Shown here: positions 29,002-37,111 of the stretch, piece after piece | How the letters are laid out: every line of letters starts with the position of its first letter | Position numbering within the stretch: the first letter of the stretch is position 1 | Assembly: GCA_964623895.1 (NCBI GenBank) | Contig: CAZUWA010000005.1 | Coordinates: 1 to 52,957, forward strand | DNA from: an uncultured Lachnospiraceae bacterium | GTDB taxonomy: Bacteria > Bacillota > Clostridia > Oscillospirales > CAG-272 | Direction: 5' to 3' | DNA: 52,957 nt | Position numbers and translations under genes: made by a program | The notes under the pieces: model-generated | Database searches by the model: none | Told to the model about the DNA's origin: nothing | What the model saw: the letters and a program-made list of their open reading frames with translations, nothing else

Positions 29002-29030
29002 TTGACTTTTTGTAAAAAATGTCGTATAAT
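29002..29030 (+). promoter_or_regulatory. sigma-A promoter
   Basis: TTGACT-17nt-TATAAT. Confidence 0.7.
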
Positions 29031-29124
29031 ATTAGAGACATGTTCTTTTTTTGACCGTTGTTCACAAAAAACACAAAAAAGGGCCTGTATTCGTAGCACG
29101 GAAGCGGAAAGGAGAAGCGGAGAT

Positions 29125-29871
29125 ATGGCTGTATTCCAGTTCACTTTCAAGCGATATGAAAGAAAATTTCTCATAACCGAACAGCAGTACGGCGCTTTTC
29201 TTGAAGCGTTGGAAGGAAAAATGGTAGATGATAAATATGCGCATTCGCTGATCTGTAACATCTACTATGATACCCCCGATTTCAGACTGATCCGTGAAAG
29301 CATTTCCGGACCGATATACAAAGAAAAACTACGCGTGCGTTCTTACGGTGTCCCAAAGAAAGATAGCAAAGTCTTTGTAGAGATCAAAAAGAAATACAAA
29401 GGAGTCGTCTACAAACGTCGGATTCATGTACCGCTTGACCAAGCCACCGCATTTCTTGCCGGAACAGAACCTTGTCCGGAAGAAGGACAAATCGGCGACG
29501 AGATCGGCTACTTTTTAAAGTATTACAAGTACTTGCGCCCTGCGATGTTCCTCTCCTACGAGAGATATTCTCTCGCCAGCCCAACGGATAGTGTCTTACG
29601 CATCACCTTTGACCGAAATATCACTTGGCGTTTAGAGGATCCGAACTTGACCAAAGGGGTATACGGCAACAGGTTGGACCTCGATGGAAAGATCTTAATG
29701 GAAATCAAGATCCCAGATGCCATGCCACTATGGCTATCAGAATTGTTGGATCGTCTAAATATTCAACGCGTTTCCTTTTCTAAATACGGCACAGCCTACT
29801 GCTATGCCCTATCACAGCAGTGGATCGACCCCGCAGGGGCGGCTTATGCCCTGCTTTTAAACAGTAATTGA
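29125..29871 (+). CDS. VTC-domain (polyphosphate polymerase-like, CYTH fold) protein
   Basis: RYERKF, IYYDT, KEKLRVRSY, EIKKK, RITFD, MEIK, FSKY motifs. Confidence 0.9.
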   Translation: MAVFQFTFKRYERKFLITEQQYGAFLEALEGKMVDDKYAHSLICNIYYDTPDFRLIRESISGPIYKEKLRVRSYGVPKKDSKVFVEIKKKYKGVVYKRRIHVPLDQATAFLAGTEPCPEEGQIGDEIGYFLKYYKYLRPAMFLSYERYSLASPTDSVLRITFDRNITWRLEDPNLTKGVYGNRLDLDGKILMEIKIPDAMPLWLSELLDRLNIQRVSFSKYGTAYCYALSQQWIDPAGAAYALLLNSN

Positions 29872-29917
29872 AAGCAGCAATCCCATTATTTATTTTTCTC
29901 ATACAGATTATTATATA

Positions 29918-29973
29918 GGAAGTTTTGGCGGTTTCTGACTGTCATCCTGCAGTCAGAAACCGCCAAAACTTCC
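29918..29973. repeat. perfect 24-bp inverted repeat with 8-nt loop
   Basis: GGAAGTTTTGGCGGTTTCTGACTG-tcatcctg-CAGTCAGAAACCGCCAAAACTTCC. Confidence 0.9.
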
Positions 29974-30002
29974 GGATCGATCAGAAAGGAACAGCAACCG
30001 CC

Positions 30003-30677
30003 ATGCAAATTTTCGGAATCACACTTACAGATCTTCAAACATACTTCATCTGTGCCGCCATTGCACTTCTTCTCGGTGCACCCATTGCATTGACCTACAC
30101 CGTCAAAAACGCAAGATACAGCAAAGGATTCGTCCTTTCGCTCTATGCTCTTCCCTTTGCCGTCATGACCGTCTTGATGATGATCGGCAATCAAATCGGT
30201 CCTGCCATCGCCATCGGCGGTGCGTTTGCGCTGATCCGCTTCCGCTCCTATCCCGGTACTGCAAAAGAGATCATCAATACCTTTATGTCGATGGCTGTCG
30301 GTGTCATTCTTGCAACGGCTAGCGAAAACGCATTGGTCATCGCACCAATATTTACATTGATCGTGTGTCTGATCAATGTCATCTTCAATCTATCCCATCT
30401 CGGAGAAAAGAAAAGCGCAGAAAAGACCCTGCGCATCACGATCCCCGAATCGCTTGACTACACCGAAGCGTTTGACGACCTCTTTGAAAAATATACAAGA
30501 AGTCACGCACTGGTACGAGTCAAAACCACCAACATGGGAAGCATGTTTCAACTCAGTTATGACATTGTTCTAAAAAATGAAAAGGAAGAGCGCACGTTCT
30601 TAAACGAGTTGCGTTGCCGCAACGGAAATCTTGATATCATCTGCGCCAAAACAGTCACGGATGAAGATTCCTTATAA
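30003..30677 (+). CDS. DUF4956 family membrane protein
   Basis: GAFALIRFRS, LRITIPESLDY, KTTNMGSMF, ELRCRNGNL; usual partner of VTC genes. Confidence 0.88.
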   Translation: MQIFGITLTDLQTYFICAAIALLLGAPIALTYTVKNARYSKGFVLSLYALPFAVMTVLMMIGNQIGPAIAIGGAFALIRFRSYPGTAKEIINTFMSMAVGVILATASENALVIAPIFTLIVCLINVIFNLSHLGEKKSAEKTLRITIPESLDYTEAFDDLFEKYTRSHALVRVKTTNMGSMFQLSYDIVLKNEKEERTFLNELRCRNGNLDIICAKTVTDEDSL

Positions 30678-30689
30678 AAAACAACTACC

Positions 30690-30730
30690 CACAGGGCGTG
30701 GCAAGTGTCATTTACTTGCCACGCCCTGTG
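30690..30730 (+). terminator. perfect 17-bp stem-loop after DUF4956 (terminator or stabiliser)
   Basis: CACAGGGCGTGGCAAGT-gtcattt-ACTTGCCACGCCCTGTG; weak U tail. Confidence 0.65.
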
Positions 30731-30827
30731 AATTTCAAGTTTTCCACGCTATCAAGCAGTCAGCGACAACGACTGCCAACTATCTCCCTGGAACATCTTG
30801 TGTAAATTCAAATAACTTCCAAAAATA

Positions 30828-30854
30828 TTAGCACTCTTCAAGCTAGGCTGCCAA
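30828..30854. promoter_or_regulatory. CIRCE-like HrcA operator
   Basis: TTAGCACTC-N9-GgcTGCcAA upstream of hsp20. Confidence 0.65.
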
Positions 30855-30882
30855 TTTTTACAAAATAGTCATATTTCATCTC

Positions 30883-30911
30883 TTGCATTTTAACAATTAA
30901 AGTGCTATACT
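30883..30911 (+). promoter_or_regulatory. sigma-A promoter of hsp20 overlapped by a second degenerate CIRCE
   Basis: TTGCAT-17nt-TATACT; contains cTTGCAttt-N9-aAGTGCTAt. Confidence 0.6.
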
Positions 30912-30999
30912 ATGATCGTGATCAAAAAAGAAGATCACACGCGGATAAAAAATCGTTTATCGCGGAATACTGAAAATACATTCAAACGGAGGTAAAAAT

Positions 31000-31422
31000 A
31001 TGATGTTTGAACTTACACCCTTTATGAAGAAACAAATGAGTTATGATCCTTTCAAGGAACTTGAAGAGATGGAAAAGCAGTTGTTCAGAAGTTCCACAGC
31101 TGCCTTCCGTACCGATATCAAGGATACAGGCAACGATTATGTCCTTGAAGCTGAACTACCGGGTTTCAAAAAAGAGGACATTGACATCCAACTCGAAAAC
31201 AACATTCTGACCGTTACCGCCGGTCACAATGAAGAGGAAGAATCGAAAGAAAACGGTTATATCCGCAGAGAACGTCGGATCGGTCGCTATACCCGTTCCT
31301 TTGATGTCTCTGAGATCGACACGGACAACATCACTGCCGCTTGCGAAAACGGTATTCTGACAATGACCTTGCCGAAGAAAAAGCAACCGGAAAGCAGTTC
31401 CAGAAAAATTATATTAGCATAA
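31000..31422 (+). CDS. Hsp20/alpha-crystallin small heat shock protein
   Basis: FRTDIKD, AELPGFKKEDI, YIRRERRIGRYTRSF, ENGILTMTLPK; GGAGGT SD. Confidence 0.95.
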   Translation: MMFELTPFMKKQMSYDPFKELEEMEKQLFRSSTAAFRTDIKDTGNDYVLEAELPGFKKEDIDIQLENNILTVTAGHNEEEESKENGYIRRERRIGRYTRSFDVSEIDTDNITAACENGILTMTLPKKKQPESSSRKIILA

Positions 31423-31507
31423 GATATTGACAAAACAGCGTTCTTGATGTAGAATGACAACAAGAACGCCGTTTTTGTCGGCAAAAATAAAAAAGCCGGA
31501 GTTAATT

Positions 31508-31717
31508 ATGAAAAAAATAAAGAAAGCATCTGTGCTCTTGATGATCCTGCTCACACTTATTTTTGCGGTCGCTTGCACCAATGACCCCCAAGACACCTCT
31601 GATGATGTGCTTGATCCCTCCAGTCCTTCCGCAAACAGCGAACCAAGCGTTTCCGTTGTGCCACCATCCCTAAATATCGTCAGTGAGCTTTCCCCTGACA
31701 TCATTCCGTGGGATTGA
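31508..31717 (+). CDS. short, probably truncated lipoprotein
   Basis: Signal peptide with lipobox AVAC followed only by an S/P/D-rich linker. Confidence 0.55.
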   Translation: MKKIKKASVLLMILLTLIFAVACTNDPQDTSDDVLDPSSPSANSEPSVSVVPPSLNIVSELSPDIIPWD

Positions 31718-32046
31718 GTCAACAAGCATATAAAAAAATTTTGATATTTTCATTTCCTACAAGCGCTCGGACGAAACAATCTTGGCAAAACTTTTTTAGA
31801 AAATTGTTGGAAAAACAAGGGTACCGCGTTTTTCTTGATTTAAAAGAATTACCTCAAGGGCGCTTTGATTTGCAACTACAAGAATATTACAAAGCCAAGT
31901 TACCGGATGCACACCCGGAAGAACAGCATTATGTAAAATTTGGCAGCGCAATGCGCACCGCACTGTCCAAACTACATGACCGTTTCAAAGATCCCGAATT
32001 ATACACGATGATCACCAATTTAGCCACTATCGGCTTTGCACCCTAA
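31708..32046 (+). pseudogene. frameshifted, partial TIR-domain gene
   Basis: Joining two frames gives FDIFISYKRSDETILAKLFRKLLEKQGYRVFLDLKELPQGRFDLQLQE, a TIR_2 N-terminal signature. Confidence 0.65.
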
Positions 32047-32061
32047 CATCAGATATCCCTC

Positions 32062-32097
32062 AAAAATGCAGCAGCTCATGACCGCTGCTGCATTTTT
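32062..32097. terminator. bidirectional terminator
   Basis: AAAAATGCAGCAGC-8nt-GCTGCTGCATTTTT. Confidence 0.8.
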
Positions 32098-32171
32098 AGG
32101 CTTTGACCATATCGTTCGAAGCATCCGACAAGTTTCCAAAACAACAGATTGTCTTACATGTCACCGAATTT

Positions 32172-32213
32172 AAAAAGGACCGTTAAAAAGCCTATTTTTA
32201 ACAGTCCTTTTTT
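32172..32213. terminator. bidirectional terminator
   Basis: AAAAAGGAcCGTTAAAAA / TTTTTAACaGTCCTTTTT. Confidence 0.65.
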
Positions 32214-32277
32214 GATTGCATGAAGTAAAGTTCAGTAAAAAATATTGAAAATTGATTCATAATGCGTTTTTTCTTTA

Positions 32278-32958
32278 TCAATCTGCAAACTCAAATTTTT
32301 TTGGCTTTCCTACCCTGCGCTCGCAACTGCCGACACAAAAGCACACGCCGGAATAAAAAAGTGAAAAAGAAACAGCAAACAGCAAAAGCGAACAGTATCC
32401 GCGCAAATCAGTATCGGTAATCCCTGCCGGATCGGACACAAACAGTTTTTCAAAACCAAAACCTGTGAAAGCACCATACCCGCACATCGCGCCAAAAAAG
32501 ATCGAAGGCATTCTGCTGTTTTTCGTCCCGAAAGAAAGGCAGATCAGCGAGACGCCCAACGCGGCAGTCGACGGGACCCGAAGATAGCGCGCAACGATCT
32601 CGGATGGTTCGCCATAGTGCCCTCCTTCCGAAATCAGCATGACTGCCATAATAACGGAACATACCACCATTCCCGTACCGATCACGCGCATCGGTAGCAC
32701 GATATTGTTTCTCTTAAGCGCAGTGAAAAAGAAGTATCCGGCAAATATGACGGCAAAAAAGCCAAATATGCCGGTCACCCAAAGCAGTCTTCTCTGACCG
32801 ACAAGTGCATTTCCATATTCACTAAGCAATTCGTTCGCAACAGGAAATTCCGCACGATAACGTAATCCCGACAAAACGGAAGCGGTTGCCGCTCCGCCTG
32901 ACAACAGCATCAAAAAAACACCAATGATATAGTAATAAGAGCCTTGGCGCAATCTCAT
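32278..32958 (-). CDS. hypothetical polytopic membrane protein
   Basis: About six hydrophobic segments; ATGA overlap with the upstream gene and GGAGG SD. Confidence 0.7.
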   Translation of the reverse strand: MRLRQGSYYYIIGVFLMLLSGGAATASVLSGLRYRAEFPVANELLSEYGNALVGQRRLLWVTGIFGFFAVIFAGYFFFTALKRNNIVLPMRVIGTGMVVCSVIMAVMLISEGGHYGEPSEIVARYLRVPSTAALGVSLICLSFGTKNSRMPSIFFGAMCGYGAFTGFGFEKLFVSDPAGITDTDLRGYCSLLLFAVSFSLFYSGVCFCVGSCERRVGKPKKFEFAD

Positions 32959-33692
32959 TTCTTCGCCTCCTCCGGATCGGACATCGAAACCAGCACAGCG
33001 GAAGCGAAAGCCGTCCCAAGTGTCAAAAAGAATAGGATCCCATGCAGATAGACCTGCATACCTTCTCCTTCAAAACCATTAAACGGAGCGGTCAATAACC
33101 ATGCGTTTGCCGAAATCAAGCGGTAAATGCAAATTGCCCCCATAGAAACCGCCAATGGGCGATATTTTTGCGTGTACCCGGTGATCATCAACGACAGCGC
33201 AAACAGCGCGATAAAGATCAATTCAAAAAAATTATGCTCCGTCATTTTTAAAAGCGTTTGCCAAAGCAGTTCTTCTCCGCCCGACTCCGCTTCGAAATAC
33301 ATCATCAATGCCGTCGTGATCCCCTTCATCATCATAGCGATACCTGCATAAGAGAAAAAGCCCACGCTGAGAATCAAGCAAGCAACGCGTCTGGTTTTTT
33401 GCCTTGAACGCGAAAGCAGACACACTGTCGCAAACGTTGCCAAAAAGGGGAACAAGACACCCAGCCCATACAGTGCCGTCAAGTCGTAAAAGGGCAGCCG
33501 CGCTGTAGCGTAATCTGTCGCCATTCCTTCAATGAAACGGTCGATCGTCTCCACTTGCTCGAAGCGGTGTTCCACATAACTGTTTTGCACCCAAAATGCC
33601 CAAATGCCAAACAAAAAGGAGAGCGCAGCACAAAGCGCGGCGATACGGTACAGTTGCCCGGTCTTGGTTTCTTTCATGCTCTCCCCCTTCAA
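32955..33692 (-). CDS. hypothetical polytopic membrane protein
   Basis: About six hydrophobic segments; the start may be the ATG at 33677. Confidence 0.7.
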   Translation of the reverse strand: MKGESMKETKTGQLYRIAALCAALSFLFGIWAFWVQNSYVEHRFEQVETIDRFIEGMATDYATARLPFYDLTALYGLGVLFPFLATFATVCLLSRSRQKTRRVACLILSVGFFSYAGIAMMMKGITTALMMYFEAESGGEELLWQTLLKMTEHNFFELIFIALFALSLMITGYTQKYRPLAVSMGAICIYRLISANAWLLTAPFNGFEGEGMQVYLHGILFFLTLGTAFASAVLVSMSDPEEAKK

Positions 33693-33699
33693 TATATTC

Positions 33700-34755
33700 T
33701 CAATTCAAACTGATCCGATACTGCCCCTTTTCCATACAAGAAAGCTTCAGCGGAAGTGTAACATCCGGATCATCTCCGATCTTAAAAAGAACAGTGCCAT
33801 CTCCGATCTGCGCCGTATCAGTGATCACACCACCCGCAAAGTGATCACCCGAATGTCCCATTCCCGAAAGCGGAAAACAAACGATCAGATTTTTCTTGCA
33901 TTTCAACACCTGTACAGTAAAAAAGCGCTCGCTGACCGTTAAAATCCGTTCGATCAATTGTTTTATCAGTGCTTCATACTGCTTGGCAGATTCCAAACGC
34001 TCCAGATCCGCACGATCAATCTCCACAGCATACTGTGTGCTGATCACCTCTCCCGCTTCAGTAGTGGTCAACTCCACCTTCAAAAACAATTCCCTCATCC
34101 TGTGCAGTGAAATCGGCTTGGCGAGGATCATGCCCTTTCCGTCGCGAGAACGCTTGTACGGTTGGTAACCATCATGACGCGCAGTGTCATATTGTGCCTT
34201 GTTACGCGCGAGCACACAGATCGGCCATGCATGTTCCCTTGCAATATATTCAAAATCGGAAGAAGTATACGCTCTTCCCTTAAAAGTACCGGAAAGCGCA
34301 GAGACTCGCGCAAACGCAGTGCATTCCTTTGGCATTACGGTAATATGCTCTCCGAAGCCATCAAAAAGGTATAACTCTCCTTTTTCATCCGGAAAAGCAA
34401 GGAAGATCCGTCCTTCAAACAAAGCATATCGCCTTGCACAGTAAGGCAGTGCCACCAACCGTTCAAACAATAGTTTCGGGTCGCTTTCGCGCTCTTCCGC
34501 CAATTCTTCTTCAACAGTATCATCAAGTTCTTCCGGTCGCTCCAACTCTTCCCCATACTGAGCCTCAATAGATTCTTCCGATTCCGCAGAGGAAACATTC
34601 GGCTGTTCTTCTGCCGAGATCGGCGAATTTTTCGGTGGATCTGTCAGTATTTCCGGCGCAAAGGAGGGCAGTTCATCTGTGCAGATATCCTTTTGTTCCT
34701 CTTCTTCACGCGTAACATTGTAAATATTCGTCTTTTTCTTTCCAAAAAGCCACAT
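33700..34755 (-). CDS. hypothetical protein with acidic disordered N-terminus
   Basis: GAGGAG SD before MWLFGKKK; promoter TTGCAT-17-TAAAAT at 34822-34794. Confidence 0.7.
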   Translation of the reverse strand: MWLFGKKKTNIYNVTREEEEQKDICTDELPSFAPEILTDPPKNSPISAEEQPNVSSAESEESIEAQYGEELERPEELDDTVEEELAEERESDPKLLFERLVALPYCARRYALFEGRIFLAFPDEKGELYLFDGFGEHITVMPKECTAFARVSALSGTFKGRAYTSSDFEYIAREHAWPICVLARNKAQYDTARHDGYQPYKRSRDGKGMILAKPISLHRMRELFLKVELTTTEAGEVISTQYAVEIDRADLERLESAKQYEALIKQLIERILTVSERFFTVQVLKCKKNLIVCFPLSGMGHSGDHFAGGVITDTAQIGDGTVLFKIGDDPDVTLPLKLSCMEKGQYRISLN

Positions 34756-35196
34756 GTATCTTCTCCTCGTTTTTCGGGGCTGATCTTTTCTACATTTTAT
34801 CACACTGTTGTAAAAAATGCAAGAGCCATTTTCCGAAAAATCAAAGAACCGATCGAAAGCATGTGCAAAATCGACAAGCGCTCTTGCCTGCTTGCCTCAC
34901 ATCGCTGTACCGATTTTGAATTTTCTTCCGTTTGTACATTTACACCGCGTTCTCTCAAAGTCGCGCTCTTTGTGCATCGCCGTTCGATCCAAAAAGTTCT
35001 GTCAAATGGCGCAACAGTAAAAAACTCGTTTTTCGTCTCAAAAATCGAGAAAACCCTTGAAAATCAAAGTGCCAAACTGTTGCAAAGCAGATTTTCTAAA
35101 CAAGAGATAATCCGCTTTTTTAGAATTTAAACAAAGAAACAACTACCTTCCCTGTGGTCTTTCACCACAGAGCATTGATATATCCGTCACACTAAA

Positions 35197-35237
35197 ATAT
35201 GCACCTTCAAAAGTGTCTAACCTTTGGGGTGCATATC
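35197..35237. repeat. IS3/IS150-end-derived palindromic element, probably terminating the rpoA transcript
   Basis: ATATGCACCTTCAAAAG...CTTTGGGGTGCATAT inverted repeat containing TGTCTAACCTTTGGGGTGCA, which resembles Firmicutes IS150-group termini. Confidence 0.55.
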
Positions 35238-35267
35238 GTTCTTCTTGTTTTTTATTCGTTGATAAAA

Positions 35268-36206
35268 TCAGTCTTCTGCCTTGAAGTTCTGTCCAAGAGA
35301 AATCAATTTATCCTTGATTTCATCAAAGGACTTTTTGCCGAGGTTGCGTATCTGCATGACTTCCTGCTCGGTACGGGTGGTCAGATCACCGACCGTATCC
35401 ACACCTGCGCGCTTCAAACAGTTGTAACTACGCACAGAAAAATCCAAATCATCAATGCTCATATCTAGCACTGCAATCAGCTTCGTCTCTTCATCCGGAA
35501 TCATAGTGGGCGCAATGGTCACCTTAGAAATATCCGCAATACATTCAAAATGGCGAATAATAATGCTGGCAGCAAGTGCCATGGCGTCGTCCGGCGAGAT
35601 CGAGCCGTTGGTCTGTACCTCAACAGTCAGTTTGTCGAAGTTGGTCTGACTTCCCACACGGGTGCTTTCCACCTTGTAATTCATCATATAGATCGGAGTG
35701 AAGATCGAATCAACCGGAATCACACCGAGCAGATTGTTGAAAAGCTCTTCCTTATTCTTATCGGCAGAAGAATATCCACGCCCGGTGATAAAGCCCAATT
35801 CCATATGAAAATGCTCGCCGTCACGCACCGTTGCCAGTTTCTGCTCGGGATTGATGATCTCAAGCTCCGAATCGCACTTGATATCCGCCGCCGTAACAAT
35901 GTGCGGCCCGACAACATCAATGTACCCGGTCTTCATGCCGTCCCCTTCCATCTTGGCGACAATTCCCTTGACGTTCAGCACGACCTCGGTAATATCCTCC
36001 TTCACACCGTGAACGACAGAAAACTCATGATCCGCACCGTCGATCTTGATGTAAGCCGCTGCCGTACCCGGCAAAGAGGAAAGCATCACTCGGCGAAGAG
36101 CGTTTCCGAGGGTTGTTCCATAGCCCCTTTCAAGAGGCTCAATAACAAATGTACCTTTCGCTCCGTTCACTTCAGAGTGAATGGTGGGAGTAGTAAACTC
36201 AAGCAT
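35268..36206 (-). CDS. rpoA: DNA-directed RNA polymerase subunit alpha, outside the alpha operon (probable paralog)
   Basis: EPLERGYGTTLGNALRRVMLSSLPG, GVKED, GRGY, IPVDSIFTP, alpha-CTD SIDDLDFSVRSYNCLKRAG...RNLGKKS; no rpsK/rpsD/rplQ adjacent. Confidence 0.95.
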   Translation of the reverse strand: MLEFTTPTIHSEVNGAKGTFVIEPLERGYGTTLGNALRRVMLSSLPGTAAAYIKIDGADHEFSVVHGVKEDITEVVLNVKGIVAKMEGDGMKTGYIDVVGPHIVTAADIKCDSELEIINPEQKLATVRDGEHFHMELGFITGRGYSSADKNKEELFNNLLGVIPVDSIFTPIYMMNYKVESTRVGSQTNFDKLTVEVQTNGSISPDDAMALAASIIIRHFECIADISKVTIAPTMIPDEETKLIAVLDMSIDDLDFSVRSYNCLKRAGVDTVGDLTTRTEQEVMQIRNLGKKSFDEIKDKLISLGQNFKAED

Positions 36207-36243
36207 CTACTCTACCTCCTTGAATTTATTTTTTGTTGATAAC

Positions 36244-36621
36244 TCAAGATTTTTTCGGCAATTCGTTTTCGTTTAAAATATCCTGCCAAAAGGCAATGCG
36301 CTCCCGCTCATTCAGTTCTGCATAGCCGTAAACCAACATGGCAGTCTTGATCTCGCCAACAGATTTTTTGCCGAGATTGCGGACGTTGCCCAGTCCCTCT
36401 TCGCCCATAATGATCTCAAAAACCGCACCGATCGTGGTCGCACCGCTACGCATGAGTCCGTTTCTTGAACGGACGGAAAGATTGAGTTCTTCGATCGATC
36501 TGCCGCAAAACATTTCAGACATCGGCACACGCACCCGGATGTTTTCCCCAAATGCAAAAAGAACCGTCAAAAGTCCCAGTTGCTCCGCGCCCTCATAGAG
36601 CGCATACGCATTTTCATTCAT
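36244..36621 (-). CDS. stand-alone RNA polymerase alpha C-terminal-domain protein
   Basis: SIEELNLSVRSRNGLMRSG and VRNLGKKSVGEIK; AAAGGAGG SD. Confidence 0.88.
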   Translation of the reverse strand: MNENAYALYEGAEQLGLLTVLFAFGENIRVRVPMSEMFCGRSIEELNLSVRSRNGLMRSGATTIGAVFEIIMGEEGLGNVRNLGKKSVGEIKTAMLVYGYAELNERERIAFWQDILNENELPKKS

Positions 36622-36727
36622 TTCTGTCCTCCTTTTGTTCGGCAGAAACCCGCGACTGTTTTAAAAACATCTGTCTCCAAGTATCACCGATCTTCTGCAG
36701 GTATTTTTACCGTACACTTGACGTTTG

Positions 36728-36756
36728 ATTATATCATATATCTTAAAAAAAATCAA
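36728..36756 (-). promoter_or_regulatory. sigma-A promoter of the alphaCTD-rpoA pair
   Basis: TTGATT-17nt-TATAAT with extended TG. Confidence 0.7.
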
Positions 36757-36943
36757 GTGGGTACTATCTCTTTCGTGAAATGAAATAGATGTATTTTTTA
36801 GCTTTTTTCGCCGACTTTACCCCCTAAAAGCATGGAGTGAATTTAAGTTTACAAAAAGTTTACAATCTTTTTTGTCAATCGCATCAAAAAAATCGCCTTT
36901 GTTGATCATAAAAAACCTCTCGAACCAAAATAAACACAGACAA

Positions 36944-36975
36944 CATCTCCCCCTGCCGTGCGACAAGGGGAGATG
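36944..36975 (-). terminator. stem-loop downstream of tldE
   Basis: CATCTCCCCTTGTCG-CA-CGGCAGGGGGAGATG; weak U tail. Confidence 0.45.
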
Positions 36976-37111
36976 AAAAATCTGTTCAATTTGTCAATCC
37001 TTTTATTTTTTAGTCTGTCTACTTAAAGAACACATCGCTCTTGTCGATTGTCTACTCGTTTGTGCACCATCACTTGGCTGTAGCTTCTTTGATATTTTGC
37101 CGAAAATCTCG

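Noticed and set aside
34823-35150. Possible ncRNA or attachment site (GAAAACCCTTGAAAATCAAAG)
   Set aside because: No convincing stable fold, promoter-terminator pair or partner repeat found; no integrase nearby
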